Part shown: piece after piece, positions 17,466 to 26,690 of the stretch
Layout: the number at the start of each line of letters is the position of its first letter
How positions within the stretch are numbered: position 1 is the first letter of the stretch
Sequence record: ON529857.1
Reading direction: 5' to 3' (one strand)
Length of the DNA: 64,000 nt
The notes under the pieces: model-generated
Told to the model about the DNA's origin: nothing
The model's input: only the letters and a program-made list of their open reading frames with translations
Databases searched by the model: none
Translations under genes and position numbers: made by a program

Positions 17466-17712
17466 AGTCGTGATCCGCCTTTGCAGTCGTCGTGAGGGTG
17501 ATGGTCGGGTAGACCTTCACGGTTGGAGCGTCCGACGTCGCGACCATCAGCAGGCCGGCGATGCCGGTGCCGATCATGATGATCGCTTCGGCGTGCTCGG
17601 GTCGAATGACATAGCCGAGCAGGCCAGCCAGAGCGATCAGACCCAGCCAGGTCGACCGCTCCAGCGCCTTGGTGAGCAGGAAGGTGTAGAGGGCTTTCCA
17701 GTTCCAGGTCAT
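17458..17712 (-). CDS. Small 2-TM membrane protein (holin-like topology)
   Basis: ERSTWLGLIALAGLLGY and AIIMIGTGIAGLLMV. Confidence 0.55.
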   Translation of the reverse strand: MTWNWKALYTFLLTKALERSTWLGLIALAGLLGYVIRPEHAEAIIMIGTGIAGLLMVATSDAPTVKVYPTITLTTTAKADHDYE

Positions 17713-18410
17713 TTGGAGCTCCCAAGCGTATCTTCGACCATCTCATCGGCAATCCGACGGGTGTCTTCGTCCAGGAGGGCCGCGACGGTCTGTTCGTCGG
17801 TGGTCATGGGCCGGGCGCCGTTCGCCAGCTTCAAGCGATCCGACGCGGACATCCGGCGAGCGGCGGCGACCGCCTGCGTATGCTCGGTGTCAGCCGGGCG
17901 CGCCGGCGCTTCGGGCGTTCCGGTCAGAACCCCGCGCAGCATGGCGGTCGCCTTGACCCGGCGCGCATCGGCCTCGTGGCGAAGCGTCGCCATCTTGGTG
18001 CGCACGCGGTTGAACTCCTCGCGGGTGTCTTCCCGCGACATCTCCAGCTTCACCGCGTCCGAGAGGTAGGTCATCGCGCGGGTGATGATGTCTTCCGCTT
18101 CCTGGAAGGTGTAGACGCCGCCGGGGGCCGGTTGAATCGAAGCGCGCGACGCCGCCGCGATCTTCGCCTCCAGCTCCGCGATACGCTGATGCGCCTGCTC
18201 CAAGGCCGTCGGCGAGGCTTCCAGGAAATCAACCTGGTAGCGGCGCGTCAGGTCGGAGATCGCGCGCGATGCGCTGGGGGTGCCTTCCGGGACGGTCACA
18301 TCATGGCCGGCGCCCGCCAGGGCTTGCGCCAGGACGGCGATGAGGGTGGTCTTGCCGCTGCCCTTGTCACCCGTGACGGTGACAGTGACGCGGGCGATGT
18401 TATCGGTCAT
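17709..18410 (-). CDS. Hypothetical protein with N-terminal Walker-A-like motif
   Basis: VTVTGDKGSGKTT followed by coiled coil. Confidence 0.6.
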   Translation of the reverse strand: MTDNIARVTVTVTGDKGSGKTTLIAVLAQALAGAGHDVTVPEGTPSASRAISDLTRRYQVDFLEASPTALEQAHQRIAELEAKIAAASRASIQPAPGGVYTFQEAEDIITRAMTYLSDAVKLEMSREDTREEFNRVRTKMATLRHEADARRVKATAMLRGVLTGTPEAPARPADTEHTQAVAAARRMSASDRLKLANGARPMTTDEQTVAALLDEDTRRIADEMVEDTLGSSK

Positions 18411-18411
18411 T

Positions 18412-18672
18412 TCAGAACCAGATCAGGAGGTTTGCATTGCGGAGACGCGGATGCACCTCCAGGTTGAGCCAGTCGACCAAGCGCTTACGCAGCTCTTCAG
18501 GGCCATCGCCCAGGTCGGGGTCTCTGGCGGACCAGCGCACAATCGCGGCCTCGTAGACCCGGCCCACAACAGCGGAAGAATCGAACGCCGACACGACGTG
18601 AAACAAGGCGCCGTCTCGGGGGTCGGACGGGCGCGGCTCGCCGATGACGACGTAGAGCGCCTGCCGCACCAT
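18412..18672 (-). CDS. Hypothetical protein
   Basis: Start reassigned to MVRQALY. Confidence 0.55.
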   Translation of the reverse strand: MVRQALYVVIGEPRPSDPRDGALFHVVSAFDSSAVVGRVYEAAIVRWSARDPDLGDGPEELRKRLVDWLNLEVHPRLRNANLLIWF

Positions 18673-19125
18673 CACAGCGTCCGGCCCAGGATGAACCCGA
18701 TGAGGCCGGCCGCCAGAATGGGCGTTCCGATCAGGATCGACAGTGTCGACAACCAATGACGAACACACCAGGCGAAAAGGCGATTGCCCCCTTCATCCAG
18801 CCAGTCGAAATTGGTGTCGTTGATCATGTCAGTTCGATCCGAGGCCTTCGAAGATGGAGCCGATCAGCTCCAGGCCGGATTCCAGGATGGCGAAGACCCA
18901 AAAGCCATCCCAGAAGCTGGTCGAACGGTCCGGACGCCGCTTCGTCCGGTCCGTCGTTTTGGCGAAATCGACCACGTCAGAAGAAGACGCAGCCGGAGAC
19001 CAGACCGCACAGGAAAATGACGGCGGCGGCCGACTTGGTCTCGCGGGCGATGGTGGCGGCCTGGCGCACAGCGGCTTCGACGGCGGCGACGATGGGGTTG
19101 GTGGAGTTCATGTCAGAAGGGTCCG

Positions 19126-19275
19126 TTAGGCTTTGGTTTCGGGGGTGGAAGTCAGGAAGGCCGTGAAGATTTTGGCGGTGTCGACGATGTCGTCGGCCGA
19201 AGAACCCTTCTCAGCGTGATAACGCAGCGCCATCTCAAGGGCCTTCTCGTTAACAATGACGTTGTGGTCGTTCAT
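19126..19275 (-). CDS. Small hypothetical protein, 49 aa
   Basis: Hand translation MNDHNVIVNEKALEMALRY... Confidence 0.5.
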   Translation of the reverse strand: MNDHNVIVNEKALEMALRYHAEKGSSADDIVDTAKIFTAFLTSTPETKA

Positions 19276-19472
19276 TTCACTTTCTTTCGCGGTCGCCCGC
19301 GTTTCGGGGGTGGAGGGGGAGCGGCCGCCGGCGTTTCGTCCGGCGATCGTTTCGTCAGCAAGGCGAGGTCCTCGTCATCCAACGCCGGCAACCCATACGG
19401 GTCGTCCGACATCAAATCCCGATCGTCCAGGTCATGGATCAGATCGTTCAGGTCGGCGTATCTGCGCGGCAT
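19272..19472 (-). CDS. Small protein with C-terminal AT-hook-like motif
   Basis: Start MPRRYADL; ends PPPPKRGRPRKKVK. Confidence 0.55.
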   Translation of the reverse strand: MPRRYADLNDLIHDLDDRDLMSDDPYGLPALDDEDLALLTKRSPDETPAAAPPPPPKRGRPRKKVK

Positions 19473-19485
19473 CGGCGTGGAGGGC

Positions 19486-19890
19486 TTAGTCCTGCTTGAG
19501 GCGGTAGATCGGCAGAGGCTGGGCCTCGGCGCCGTAGACGGCCGCATGGAAGACAGCGGTGGTCATCTCGACCACGCCCTTCTCCAGCAGCTCCGGCAGG
19601 CGGAACCCGCGCACGCGGTGGTCTTCGTGGTCGCGATCCGCGAACGATCGCCACTGCTTCTCGGTGGTCCAATCGGCGCCGGTGACCGCCAGGAGACGCA
19701 TCAGGGCGACGCAGGCCTTGAGCTCGACATTGGTCAAGCTGTCGGTCGACAGGTGATCCGGCAGGGCGGCCAGGCCGACCTTGTCTTCACCAGGACCGAT
19801 CGACGGGAAGGAGACGGTTCCAGGAGCGCGGAGCGGTTGGGCGGCGCCGGCTGCGCCGGGACCGGCTGGGCGGTAGGTTTGTTCAGTCAT
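19486..19890 (-). CDS. Hypothetical protein
   Basis: 134-aa ORF downstream of the portal. Confidence 0.6.
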   Translation of the reverse strand: MTEQTYRPAGPGAAGAAQPLRAPGTVSFPSIGPGEDKVGLAALPDHLSTDSLTNVELKACVALMRLLAVTGADWTTEKQWRSFADRDHEDHRVRGFRLPELLEKGVVEMTTAVFHAAVYGAEAQPLPIYRLKQD

Positions 19891-19897
19891 CGGGTAC

Positions 19898-20008
19898 TCA
19901 GCACTTCTTGCGCTTCATGGGGAGAGGGGTCTTCGGAGACGCCGGCTTGGCCCTCTTGGGCTTCACCGGCTTGGCGAACGGCGTCGCGGTCAGGATGTCG
20001 ATCGCCAT
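19898..20008 (-). CDS. Basic 36-aa peptide coupled to the portal stop
   Basis: MAIDILTATPFAKPVKPKRAKPASPKTPLPMKRKKC; TGATG overlap. Confidence 0.45.
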   Translation of the reverse strand: MAIDILTATPFAKPVKPKRAKPASPKTPLPMKRKKC

Positions 20009-21981
20009 CAGGCGGTATCCGTCCCGATACGCCGCGCCGGCGGCTGTTGCGGTGGCGCTTGCTTGGCCTTTGCGGCCGTTGCGGCGGACTTGCGCTGAAT
20101 CGCCAGCTGCTGCTGCTCCGCCTGGGTCGGCGGGGCCTGCTCCGGATCGCCCAGCTTGCGAGAAGCCGACACGGTCGTGGAGCCGAACTGCTGCGCCAGG
20201 GCGAACTTCTCTTCTTCCAACGCGCGGGCGCGCTCTTGCAACTCCAGCTCCTTGGCCTGGAAAGTCGCCTCGCGCGCCAGGCGCACCTGCTCCAGCTCCT
20301 GAGCCCGGCTGACGTAACCGCGACGCATCGCTTCGGCGTCGGGTTTGCCGATGAAGGAATTGGGGTCTTCCATCTTGGTGCGGAAGTCTTCCAGGGTCAT
20401 GGTCGTGGAGATCACCCCGTTGCGCACCATGGCTTCGTAGAAGACGTCGATCGGAATGTCGCCCTCCTTGAACAGCTGCTGGATCGCGCGGATCGCGCGT
20501 GCGTCCAGGGTGGTCGACAGGAAGGTGGTGTCCAGCTCGTAACGCAGCAGGGCGGTGTCTTGCAGCGGCACGTCGCGGAACAGCAGCCAATATCGCATCA
20601 AGGTCGTCATGCCCTCTTCCAGGGCGGTGATGACATTGAGCAGCAGGCTCTGTTCGTTCGCTTCGCGGATCGATGACTGCTGGTTGGATTCCGACGTCGA
20701 CTTCGACGAGCCGGGCATCATGCGACCGCCGATCGCGGCGATCTGCTGCTCCTTCTCGTCCAAGGCGCGCTCCAGGGTCTTGAGACCCTCGCCCTTGAAC
20801 TCCAGGATGCCGGGGATGCCGTCCGGGGTGGTTTCCCACACCGTGCCGGGGCCGATGTGATAGTTGGCCGAATCCGAATCCGAGGTGCCCGGCACATAGT
20901 AGGTCGGCAGGGCGGTGTAGAAGCGACCGTATTCCAGCTCCGCATAGGTGCGGTAGTGCTTCAGATTCAGGTCGACGATGTCGAGAAGCGGCGGCTTTTC
21001 GCAGTCCGCCGCATTGGAGAAGGCGCCGAAGAAGACGACCGGCAGGAATCTCAGCGGATTGCCGCGCACCTTCGGGTAGGTGACCTTGACCGGCTTGCTC
21101 AGCGGGTCTTCCTTGTAGACCTTCTGGCAGTAGACGCGCGATCCGTCTTCCTGGACCTCCAGGACCAGCTCGCGATACTGGGTGACGTAGGTGTAGCCGC
21201 CCGTCGCCGGCTGTTCGGCCGGGGTGCGGGACGTCACCGGCATCAGCTCGCCGTCGGCGGTGCGGATCATCGCCGTTTGCGGGCGCTTGCGGCGGCCGCG
21301 CGCCGGCTTTTCTTCGCCGATCCAGGGATTGTCGGCGCTGGCGCCCGGCGCCACGCGCACGAACTCGCGCAGCAGAACGCGGGTCGGGACATAGAAGCCC
21401 TCGACCTCTTCGATCTGCCAGTCGATGATGTTCTCGGCCGTATAGCCGACGACGTAGGGCTGCGGCTTCTTACCGACCGGCGTTTCGTCAACATCCGCCA
21501 AGGCCAGGAAGCGGCCCATGGCGATCTGCTCGGCGGCGATCGTCTTGGCGAAGGAAGCGTGGCTGGTGCCGTCTTTGGCGAACCGCGCCAGCGCCGGCAG
21601 GAGCTTCTCACCCTGGTCGATCACCACCTCCGCGCCGCCGGCGTCGCGGGAGACGACGCGACCGGGCTGCGGCAGGTGACGAATGACAGGAGGGCGGCGG
21701 AAAACCTGCCCGACCATGCCGGACAGCGTCTGAGACGCCATGTTGTAGAACACCGCCCGATGCAGATACTGCTCGTACTGATCGTCGGTCGACCCTTCCA
21801 TCGGGCGCAGGTAGACCGCACCCTTACGCTTGATCTCGCGCTCGCCCGCGAGCGCGTCCCTGATCTTCTGCCAATCCTCAGCCCAGTAGCTGTATTCCGG
21901 GTGAGCGACGATCGAGCTGAAAGCCGCGATTGCGCGTTTCGTCCGGCCGATATTGGTGGAATTGGGTGTGGTGCCGGCCAT
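20008..21981 (-). CDS. Portal protein (DUF4055-like)
   Basis: HPEYSYWAEDWQKIRDALAGE, YLHRAVFYN, PPLLDIVDLNLKHYRTYAELEYG; start reassigned to MAGTTPN. Confidence 0.9.
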   Translation of the reverse strand: MAGTTPNSTNIGRTKRAIAAFSSIVAHPEYSYWAEDWQKIRDALAGEREIKRKGAVYLRPMEGSTDDQYEQYLHRAVFYNMASQTLSGMVGQVFRRPPVIRHLPQPGRVVSRDAGGAEVVIDQGEKLLPALARFAKDGTSHASFAKTIAAEQIAMGRFLALADVDETPVGKKPQPYVVGYTAENIIDWQIEEVEGFYVPTRVLLREFVRVAPGASADNPWIGEEKPARGRRKRPQTAMIRTADGELMPVTSRTPAEQPATGGYTYVTQYRELVLEVQEDGSRVYCQKVYKEDPLSKPVKVTYPKVRGNPLRFLPVVFFGAFSNAADCEKPPLLDIVDLNLKHYRTYAELEYGRFYTALPTYYVPGTSDSDSANYHIGPGTVWETTPDGIPGILEFKGEGLKTLERALDEKEQQIAAIGGRMMPGSSKSTSESNQQSSIREANEQSLLLNVITALEEGMTTLMRYWLLFRDVPLQDTALLRYELDTTFLSTTLDARAIRAIQQLFKEGDIPIDVFYEAMVRNGVISTTMTLEDFRTKMEDPNSFIGKPDAEAMRRGYVSRAQELEQVRLAREATFQAKELELQERARALEEEKFALAQQFGSTTVSASRKLGDPEQAPPTQAEQQQLAIQRKSAATAAKAKQAPPQQPPARRIGTDTA

Positions 21982-22198
21982 GAGGAGCAGAAAAAGGCGA
22001 GGGCCGAAGGATTCGGCCCTCAAAGGCGTAGAACGAAGTTCGAGTTAGGCTTTTAAGCCTTACTCTGCCAGGATTACTGTCATGAAAGGGGTTGATTGTC
22101 AAGAAAAACGGCGTTTGAGGGTGATTCGGAGTCCCTGTTACGGCGATTTTCACGATTTTCGCGTTGACAGCCGGTTTTCGCTACCTTAAACCTCAGGT

Positions 22199-22447
22199 TC
22201 ACCCAAGGAAGGCCGAGGCTTTCTCGACAACCCGTAACCCGGAGGCGATCATGAAGTGAAACTCAGCGTCCCCGTCGTCTACGGGGCCGGCGGACGGGTG
22301 AAACCCAGACATTCGGACGTCGCGTTCACAAACGATCAAGGCCCTGTCGTCGACAGGGCCTTTTTTCACATCACCAGCTGGGGTCTTCGCCGCACAACGG
22401 CGTTTGGGACAGATCGCGCACGCCGCCGCGTCCAGGACCGCCGACAT
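22199..22447 (-). CDS. Hypothetical Cys-containing protein
   Basis: 82-aa ORF between protease and portal. Confidence 0.45.
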   Translation of the reverse strand: MSAVLDAAACAICPKRRCAAKTPAGDVKKGPVDDRALIVCERDVRMSGFHPSAGPVDDGDAEFHFMIASGLRVVEKASAFLG

Positions 22448-23087
22448 TGATCACCCCGACGACGCGTCCCGCGCCGTCCAGGACCGGACCGCCCGACATT
22501 CCCGAATGGGCTTCGCCGCTCATGATCGCCTGGTGCAGCGCCGGTTGGGAGGCGTTGCGCAAGGGCATGTCAGCGTAGACGCCCGTAAAGGTGAAGCGCT
22601 GGAGGGCGAAGTCCCGGCCATAGGCCCAGCCAACACCGAGATATTCCCGACCACGCCGCAGCCCGCCGCAATGCAGCTCCAGCTGCGCCGGTGTCGGCAG
22701 AGGCACCGCCAGGACCGCAAGGTCCAGCGCCCGGTCGAAATGGAGCGGGGTCATGGGCTTGTCCTGGAACACGCACTGGGCGGCGCCCTCCACGACGTGC
22801 GCCGCCGTCAGGACGCGCCCCGGCCCGATCACCGATCCGGTTCCGGTCACAACGCGCACCTGCAAGCGTTGAAGCACTGTCAACGACGAAAGCGGCGTAT
22901 CCGGCGGCACGCCTTCCGGCAAAACCAGGCACAGGATCATCCCGGTGCTGTTGAGGTTGACGAAGTAGGGTCCAGAGGCGCGACCGACCAAGCCCATGGG
23001 TTCCGCCTGGACGGGCGGCGCCGACAATGACGTCGGAAACGTCAGGCACAGCAAGAAGGCCGTAAAGGCGGCGGCGAGACGACGCAT
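22371..23087 (-). CDS. Trypsin-like serine protease with N-terminal signal peptide
   Basis: Catalytic triad motifs LTAAHV, DLAVL, GMSGGPV; MRRLAAAFTAFLLCLTF signal-like N-terminus. Confidence 0.85.
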   Translation of the reverse strand: MRRLAAAFTAFLLCLTFPTSLSAPPVQAEPMGLVGRASGPYFVNLNSTGMILCLVLPEGVPPDTPLSSLTVLQRLQVRVVTGTGSVIGPGRVLTAAHVVEGAAQCVFQDKPMTPLHFDRALDLAVLAVPLPTPAQLELHCGGLRRGREYLGVGWAYGRDFALQRFTFTGVYADMPLRNASQPALHQAIMSGEAHSGMSGGPVLDGAGRVVGVINVGGPGRGGVRDLSQTPLCGEDPSW

Positions 23088-23438
23088 GGGCGAGGGAAGC
23101 TCCAAGAACGCCGAAATTATGCCCTGTTTGCCAGAATTCACAACAATTCGTCAGAAATAACGGCGATTTTCGGATTCCTGAAAATGGATTCACAAAATTT
23201 TCGGCAATTCGGACCTGGTTTTTGGATTCACTTCCAGGAAAACACGAGGTCGCTATAAAAATCGCCCCCTACCCCCCTCCCTTCGCCAGGCCAGGGGCAA
23301 TTGCTAAATTTGATCCTTAGACGCTTGGCGCCCCCGCGAGAATCGGGCCGAAGAGGGGGTCCGTGGGTCCCTCCGGTCCCATTTTGAAACAGGGGGGTGG
23401 CCCCCTCCGCCGAGGGAGGGGACCGAGGGGCGAGGCGG

Positions 23439-23696
23439 TCAGGCCGCCGCCGCGATTTCGGAGGCTCCCGCCGCCATCTCCGCTTGAACCGCCTTTTCGA
23501 TCGCGGCGAAGTCGGAGGGGGAGGTGTTGGCCTTCAGGTCAGCCATCGAGCGGATTTGCGCGCCCTTCATGTTGGCCTTACGGAAAGCCGCGTTCAGGAC
23601 GTAGTGGAAGCGAGTGGCGATTGCCCCGGCTTGTTGAGCCGTCAGCAGCGACTGGAGGACTTCATAGTGAGAGGCGACCATTTGCATTTTCGTCAT
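23439..23696 (-). CDS. Hypothetical protein
   Basis: 85-aa ORF, last gene of the array. Confidence 0.65.
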   Translation of the reverse strand: MTKMQMVASHYEVLQSLLTAQQAGAIATRFHYVLNAAFRKANMKGAQIRSMADLKANTSPSDFAAIEKAVQAEMAAGASEIAAAA

Positions 23697-23916
23697 TCCC
23701 TTCGGAGGGCGGGGCCGATCCCCGCCGCCGATGAGTCAGTTATACGCAATGCGTTTCTTAACATCAAGCCCTTTCTGCGTATTTCGCAGAAAAAAGTTCG
23801 CGCGCCGGGCCTGTTTCCAAGGCCCGCCGTTACGGCCCTTTTCCGGGCCGTGGAGCGGTTCGGGGCGTGGCGGGCGTCCTAGCCTGCCGCGCCCCTAGAA
23901 GAGCGTCAGCGCGCGC

Positions 23917-24180
23917 CTAGCGGGCCAGGGCGCGGGGTTCTGGCTCACAGCGCGCGCCGTCCAGTTCGGCGGAGGCGGTCACGCAGTCGAGCGCGGTCAG
24001 GTTCCAATCCGCCACGTCGAGGCGGTCAGGCTCTTGCGGCGTCGGGGCGGGCAGGATCAGGGAGAACGTCGGCTCTTGCGCCTTGGCGGGCATGAGGGCG
24101 GCGAAGCCGCGTTGATCGTCATACGACGCCAAGGCGACGGCGAGGGCGATCATCAGGGCGAAGGGAATAGCGTTTCGCAT
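23917..24180 (-). CDS. Hypothetical exported/membrane protein
   Basis: MRNAIPFALMIALAVALAS hydrophobic N-terminus. Confidence 0.55.
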   Translation of the reverse strand: MRNAIPFALMIALAVALASYDDQRGFAALMPAKAQEPTFSLILPAPTPQEPDRLDVADWNLTALDCVTASAELDGARCEPEPRALAR

Positions 24181-24229
24181 GGGCGGGGCTTTCATGTGAG
24201 GGCGGGCGGGAAGCCCGCCCTAGAAGGGT

Positions 24230-24397
24230 TCAGGCCAGAACGTCACGGATGCGGGCCAGCGCGTCCGAGGGGCGCGCGGTTTCGCCGGTCCATTCGGCGC
24301 GGACGTGCGCCGGAACGGAAGCGGAGGCTTGCGGCTGCACCGGGGCGCGCGGGGTCATGCGGGCCGAGGGGGTCAGGGGCGAGCGGTGCTTGAACAT
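24230..24397 (-). CDS. Cassette hypothetical protein, 55 aa
   Basis: GGAGA RBS and own promoter (24447). Confidence 0.6.
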   Translation of the reverse strand: MFKHRSPLTPSARMTPRAPVQPQASASVPAHVRAEWTGETARPSDALARIRDVLA

Positions 24398-24558
24398 GGG
24401 TCGTTCTCCGTGGTTGCCTCTCTCTTGTAAGGGCGAGCGCACACGCTGTCAACGCCTTTTTATCAGAAAAGAGGGTTAACAGTTTCGGCGGGTTTGTTAA
24501 GGTTAACGCCAGCCGGGAAAGAGAAACCCGCCCCGGCGAACCGGGGCGGGCTGGATCG

Positions 24559-25473
24559 TCAGGCGGCCAGCGCCAGCGCCTCGGCGGCCTCGCCTTGCGG
24601 CTCTTGCGCGGCGTCAGCCTCGGCGGCTTTCAGGATGTAATCCGCCGCCGTCTGGGCCTTCGTGCAAGCCTGAATAAACGCCTTCGGGTTGGAGCGGATG
24701 CGGGCCGCCCAATGGCCGATATAGGCGGCGTGGTCGTCGCGCTCGACACTGGCGAAGCCTTGCGAGGCGCAGACAAACGCCGCCGTCAGTTCCGCGACCA
24801 GTTCCTCAAAGGCGTAAGCCTCATCGCCGAATTCACGGCCAAAGGTGCGGTTAAGGCGATGCTCCGCGCCGGTCCAATGCCCCAGCTCATGAAAGGCCGT
24901 CGAATAATAGCCGTCCGCGTTGATGAAGTCGGCGAAGGCGGGCAGGTGGATGCGGTCGAAAGTCGGGGTATAGAACGCCTTAGACCCGCCGTGGCGGACT
25001 TCCGCGCCCGTGGCGACGATCAGGGCGTCAGCGGCGGCGATGCGCTCCGCTTCGGGCAGGATCGAAGCCGGGGCGGCTTCGGGCAGTTCCACGCCCTCGC
25101 ATTGCGCGATGTTGAACACGGTGTAGACCTTGGCGAAGAATCGCGAGGTCGTCTCGCCCGTCGCGGCGTCTTCCTTCGTGGTGCGCGACCAGAAAAAGAC
25201 CGGCGTTCCCTTCTCGCCCTTGCGAACCGAACCGCCGCGCGCCTTGGCCTGTTTGAACGTCATCCAGACGGGTTCCGCGTAACCCTTGGCCTCTTGCTCC
25301 ATCCACAGCCAAAAGGTGTTGGCGCCGCGATAGGCGCGGCCTTCGATGTTGCGGGGCAGGGCCAGGGCCGAACCGCGCGCGGTCCAAGGCTTCGACCAAG
25401 GGCGAACGCCCGATTCCAGTTTACCGGCAATCGTGGCGGCGATCTTGTCAAACACTTCGTTAGCTTGTGCCAT
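24559..25473 (-). CDS. ardC: ArdC-family antirestriction ssDNA-binding protein (DUF1738 + zincin-like domain)
   Basis: PWSKPW, YRGANTFWL, WMTFKQAK..GGSVRKGEKG, VFNIAQCEG, YYSTAFHELGHWTG...RLNR, YAFEELVAEL, HAAYIGHW. Confidence 0.92.
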   Translation of the reverse strand: MAQANEVFDKIAATIAGKLESGVRPWSKPWTARGSALALPRNIEGRAYRGANTFWLWMEQEAKGYAEPVWMTFKQAKARGGSVRKGEKGTPVFFWSRTTKEDAATGETTSRFFAKVYTVFNIAQCEGVELPEAAPASILPEAERIAAADALIVATGAEVRHGGSKAFYTPTFDRIHLPAFADFINADGYYSTAFHELGHWTGAEHRLNRTFGREFGDEAYAFEELVAELTAAFVCASQGFASVERDDHAAYIGHWAARIRSNPKAFIQACTKAQTAADYILKAAEADAAQEPQGEAAEALALAA

Positions 25474-25559
25474 GGGGCGTCTCCGTTGCTGTCAACGTCG
25501 TTTTATTGGTTGGACGGTTAGCCGTCAATCCCCATTCCGAATAATTCTGAATGATCGCG

Positions 25560-25651
25560 TTAACCTCTCTTTAACACTTTCATGCTAGTCTGGCATGGGG
25601 AGGGATGCGCTAGGCCGTTAACCATACCCGTTAAGGTTAACGCCGTGTTAA
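25560..25651. promoter_or_regulatory. Two canonical CtrA-type boxes (TTAA-N7-TTAA) upstream of ardC
   Basis: TTAAcctctctTTAA at 25560-25574 and TTAAcgccgtgTTAA at 25637-25651. Confidence 0.65.
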
Positions 25652-25729
25652 GGTTAACGCTATCGAGCGCGCAAAAGAAAGGCCGCCCAGCGGGCGGCCC
25701 AGTTTAGGAGGAAGCGGGAAGAAAGAGCG

Positions 25730-25924
25730 TCAGTCCCAGCCCAGCGCGCGGCGGGCCTCGGCGCGGGCGGCGCGACCATGCAGCGGGCGCGAGGCGACGG
25801 CCTCGCCGTCAAGGTCCATGTCGTCGAATTGGCGGGCGCGTTCGCGGCGGTCAGTCTGGCGGGCGAAGGCGGCGCGGCGGGCCTCGAAAGCGTCAACGTC
25901 ATTACGGCGGAAAGTGCGGGCCAT
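25730..25924 (-). CDS. Cassette hypothetical protein
   Basis: Own promoter (25993). Confidence 0.6.
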   Translation of the reverse strand: MARTFRRNDVDAFEARRAAFARQTDRRERARQFDDMDLDGEAVASRPLHGRAARAEARRALGWD

Positions 25925-26105
25925 GTCAGGACTCCAAGGTTTCGCCTCCGGCCTATCCGGGGCTTCATCACGTTAGGGCGGGGCGTTCTGGGTGTCAACC
26001 ACTTTTCTACAGAAAGATGGTTAACATTTCCGGGGCGGCTGTTAACCTTAACAGTTAAGGTTAATGCGGAGGGGTGAAAGAAAAGGGGCTTTTCAGCCCC
26101 TCCCC

Positions 26106-26336
26106 TTAGTGGCGCTTGGCTTGGGTCGCCAGCCGCAGGGCGGTTGCGCGATCAATGCGCTTGCCTTGGAAGGTGTGCGAATGGCGGGTGATGCGGCCAT
26201 TCGCGCCACGGTGAACGCGGGTCATCAGTTCGCCCCCGTTGACTTGCATCGTCGTCACCGTCAGGCGGGCGGCGCGGGCGGCGACCGTGGCGGTCGTCAG
26301 GGCAAGGCGGGCGTTCAGGTTGCGGGCGGTTTGCAT
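26106..26336 (-). CDS. Cassette hypothetical basic protein
   Basis: GGAGACACCCGATG RBS, promoter 26387. Confidence 0.7.
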   Translation of the reverse strand: MQTARNLNARLALTTATVAARAARLTVTTMQVNGGELMTRVHRGANGRITRHSHTFQGKRIDRATALRLATQAKRH

Positions 26337-26584
26337 CGGGTGTCTCCCTGTTCCGATGACCCCAATCTAGGGGAGGGCATGGGGAGTGTCAACCGCTTTT
26401 CTGTAGAAAAGAGGGTTAACAGAATAGGCCCGTTTCGCCGGTCACGGCGAGGGCGGCGCGGTCATGGGGCGAGGCGTGACCGGCGCAGGGCGCGCCGCCG
26501 GGTCGGTCCCTGCCCCTCTCTAGGCTTGGGGAGGTCGCGGGCGACGGGGCGGCGCTTGAAAGGCCCTCGCGGGGGTAAAGTGAA

Positions 26585-26690
26585 GCGGCGTCAAGTCAAG
26601 TTCCGCGTAGGCGAAAGTGAAGCGACGTCAAGTCAAGCGCGGGGGCGAAAACCCGGCCCGGTCAAACCGGGCCGGGTCAAGGTCAGGCCG
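26585..26690. repeat. CGTCAAGTCAA short-repeat cluster 1
   Basis: CGTCAAGTCAAG at 26589 and 26626 plus degenerate GGTCAA copies. Confidence 0.7.

Noticed and set aside
17709-18410. Functional P-loop NTPase
   Set aside because: Walker A-like GDKGSGKTT is present, but no recognisable Walker B or remaining fold follows.
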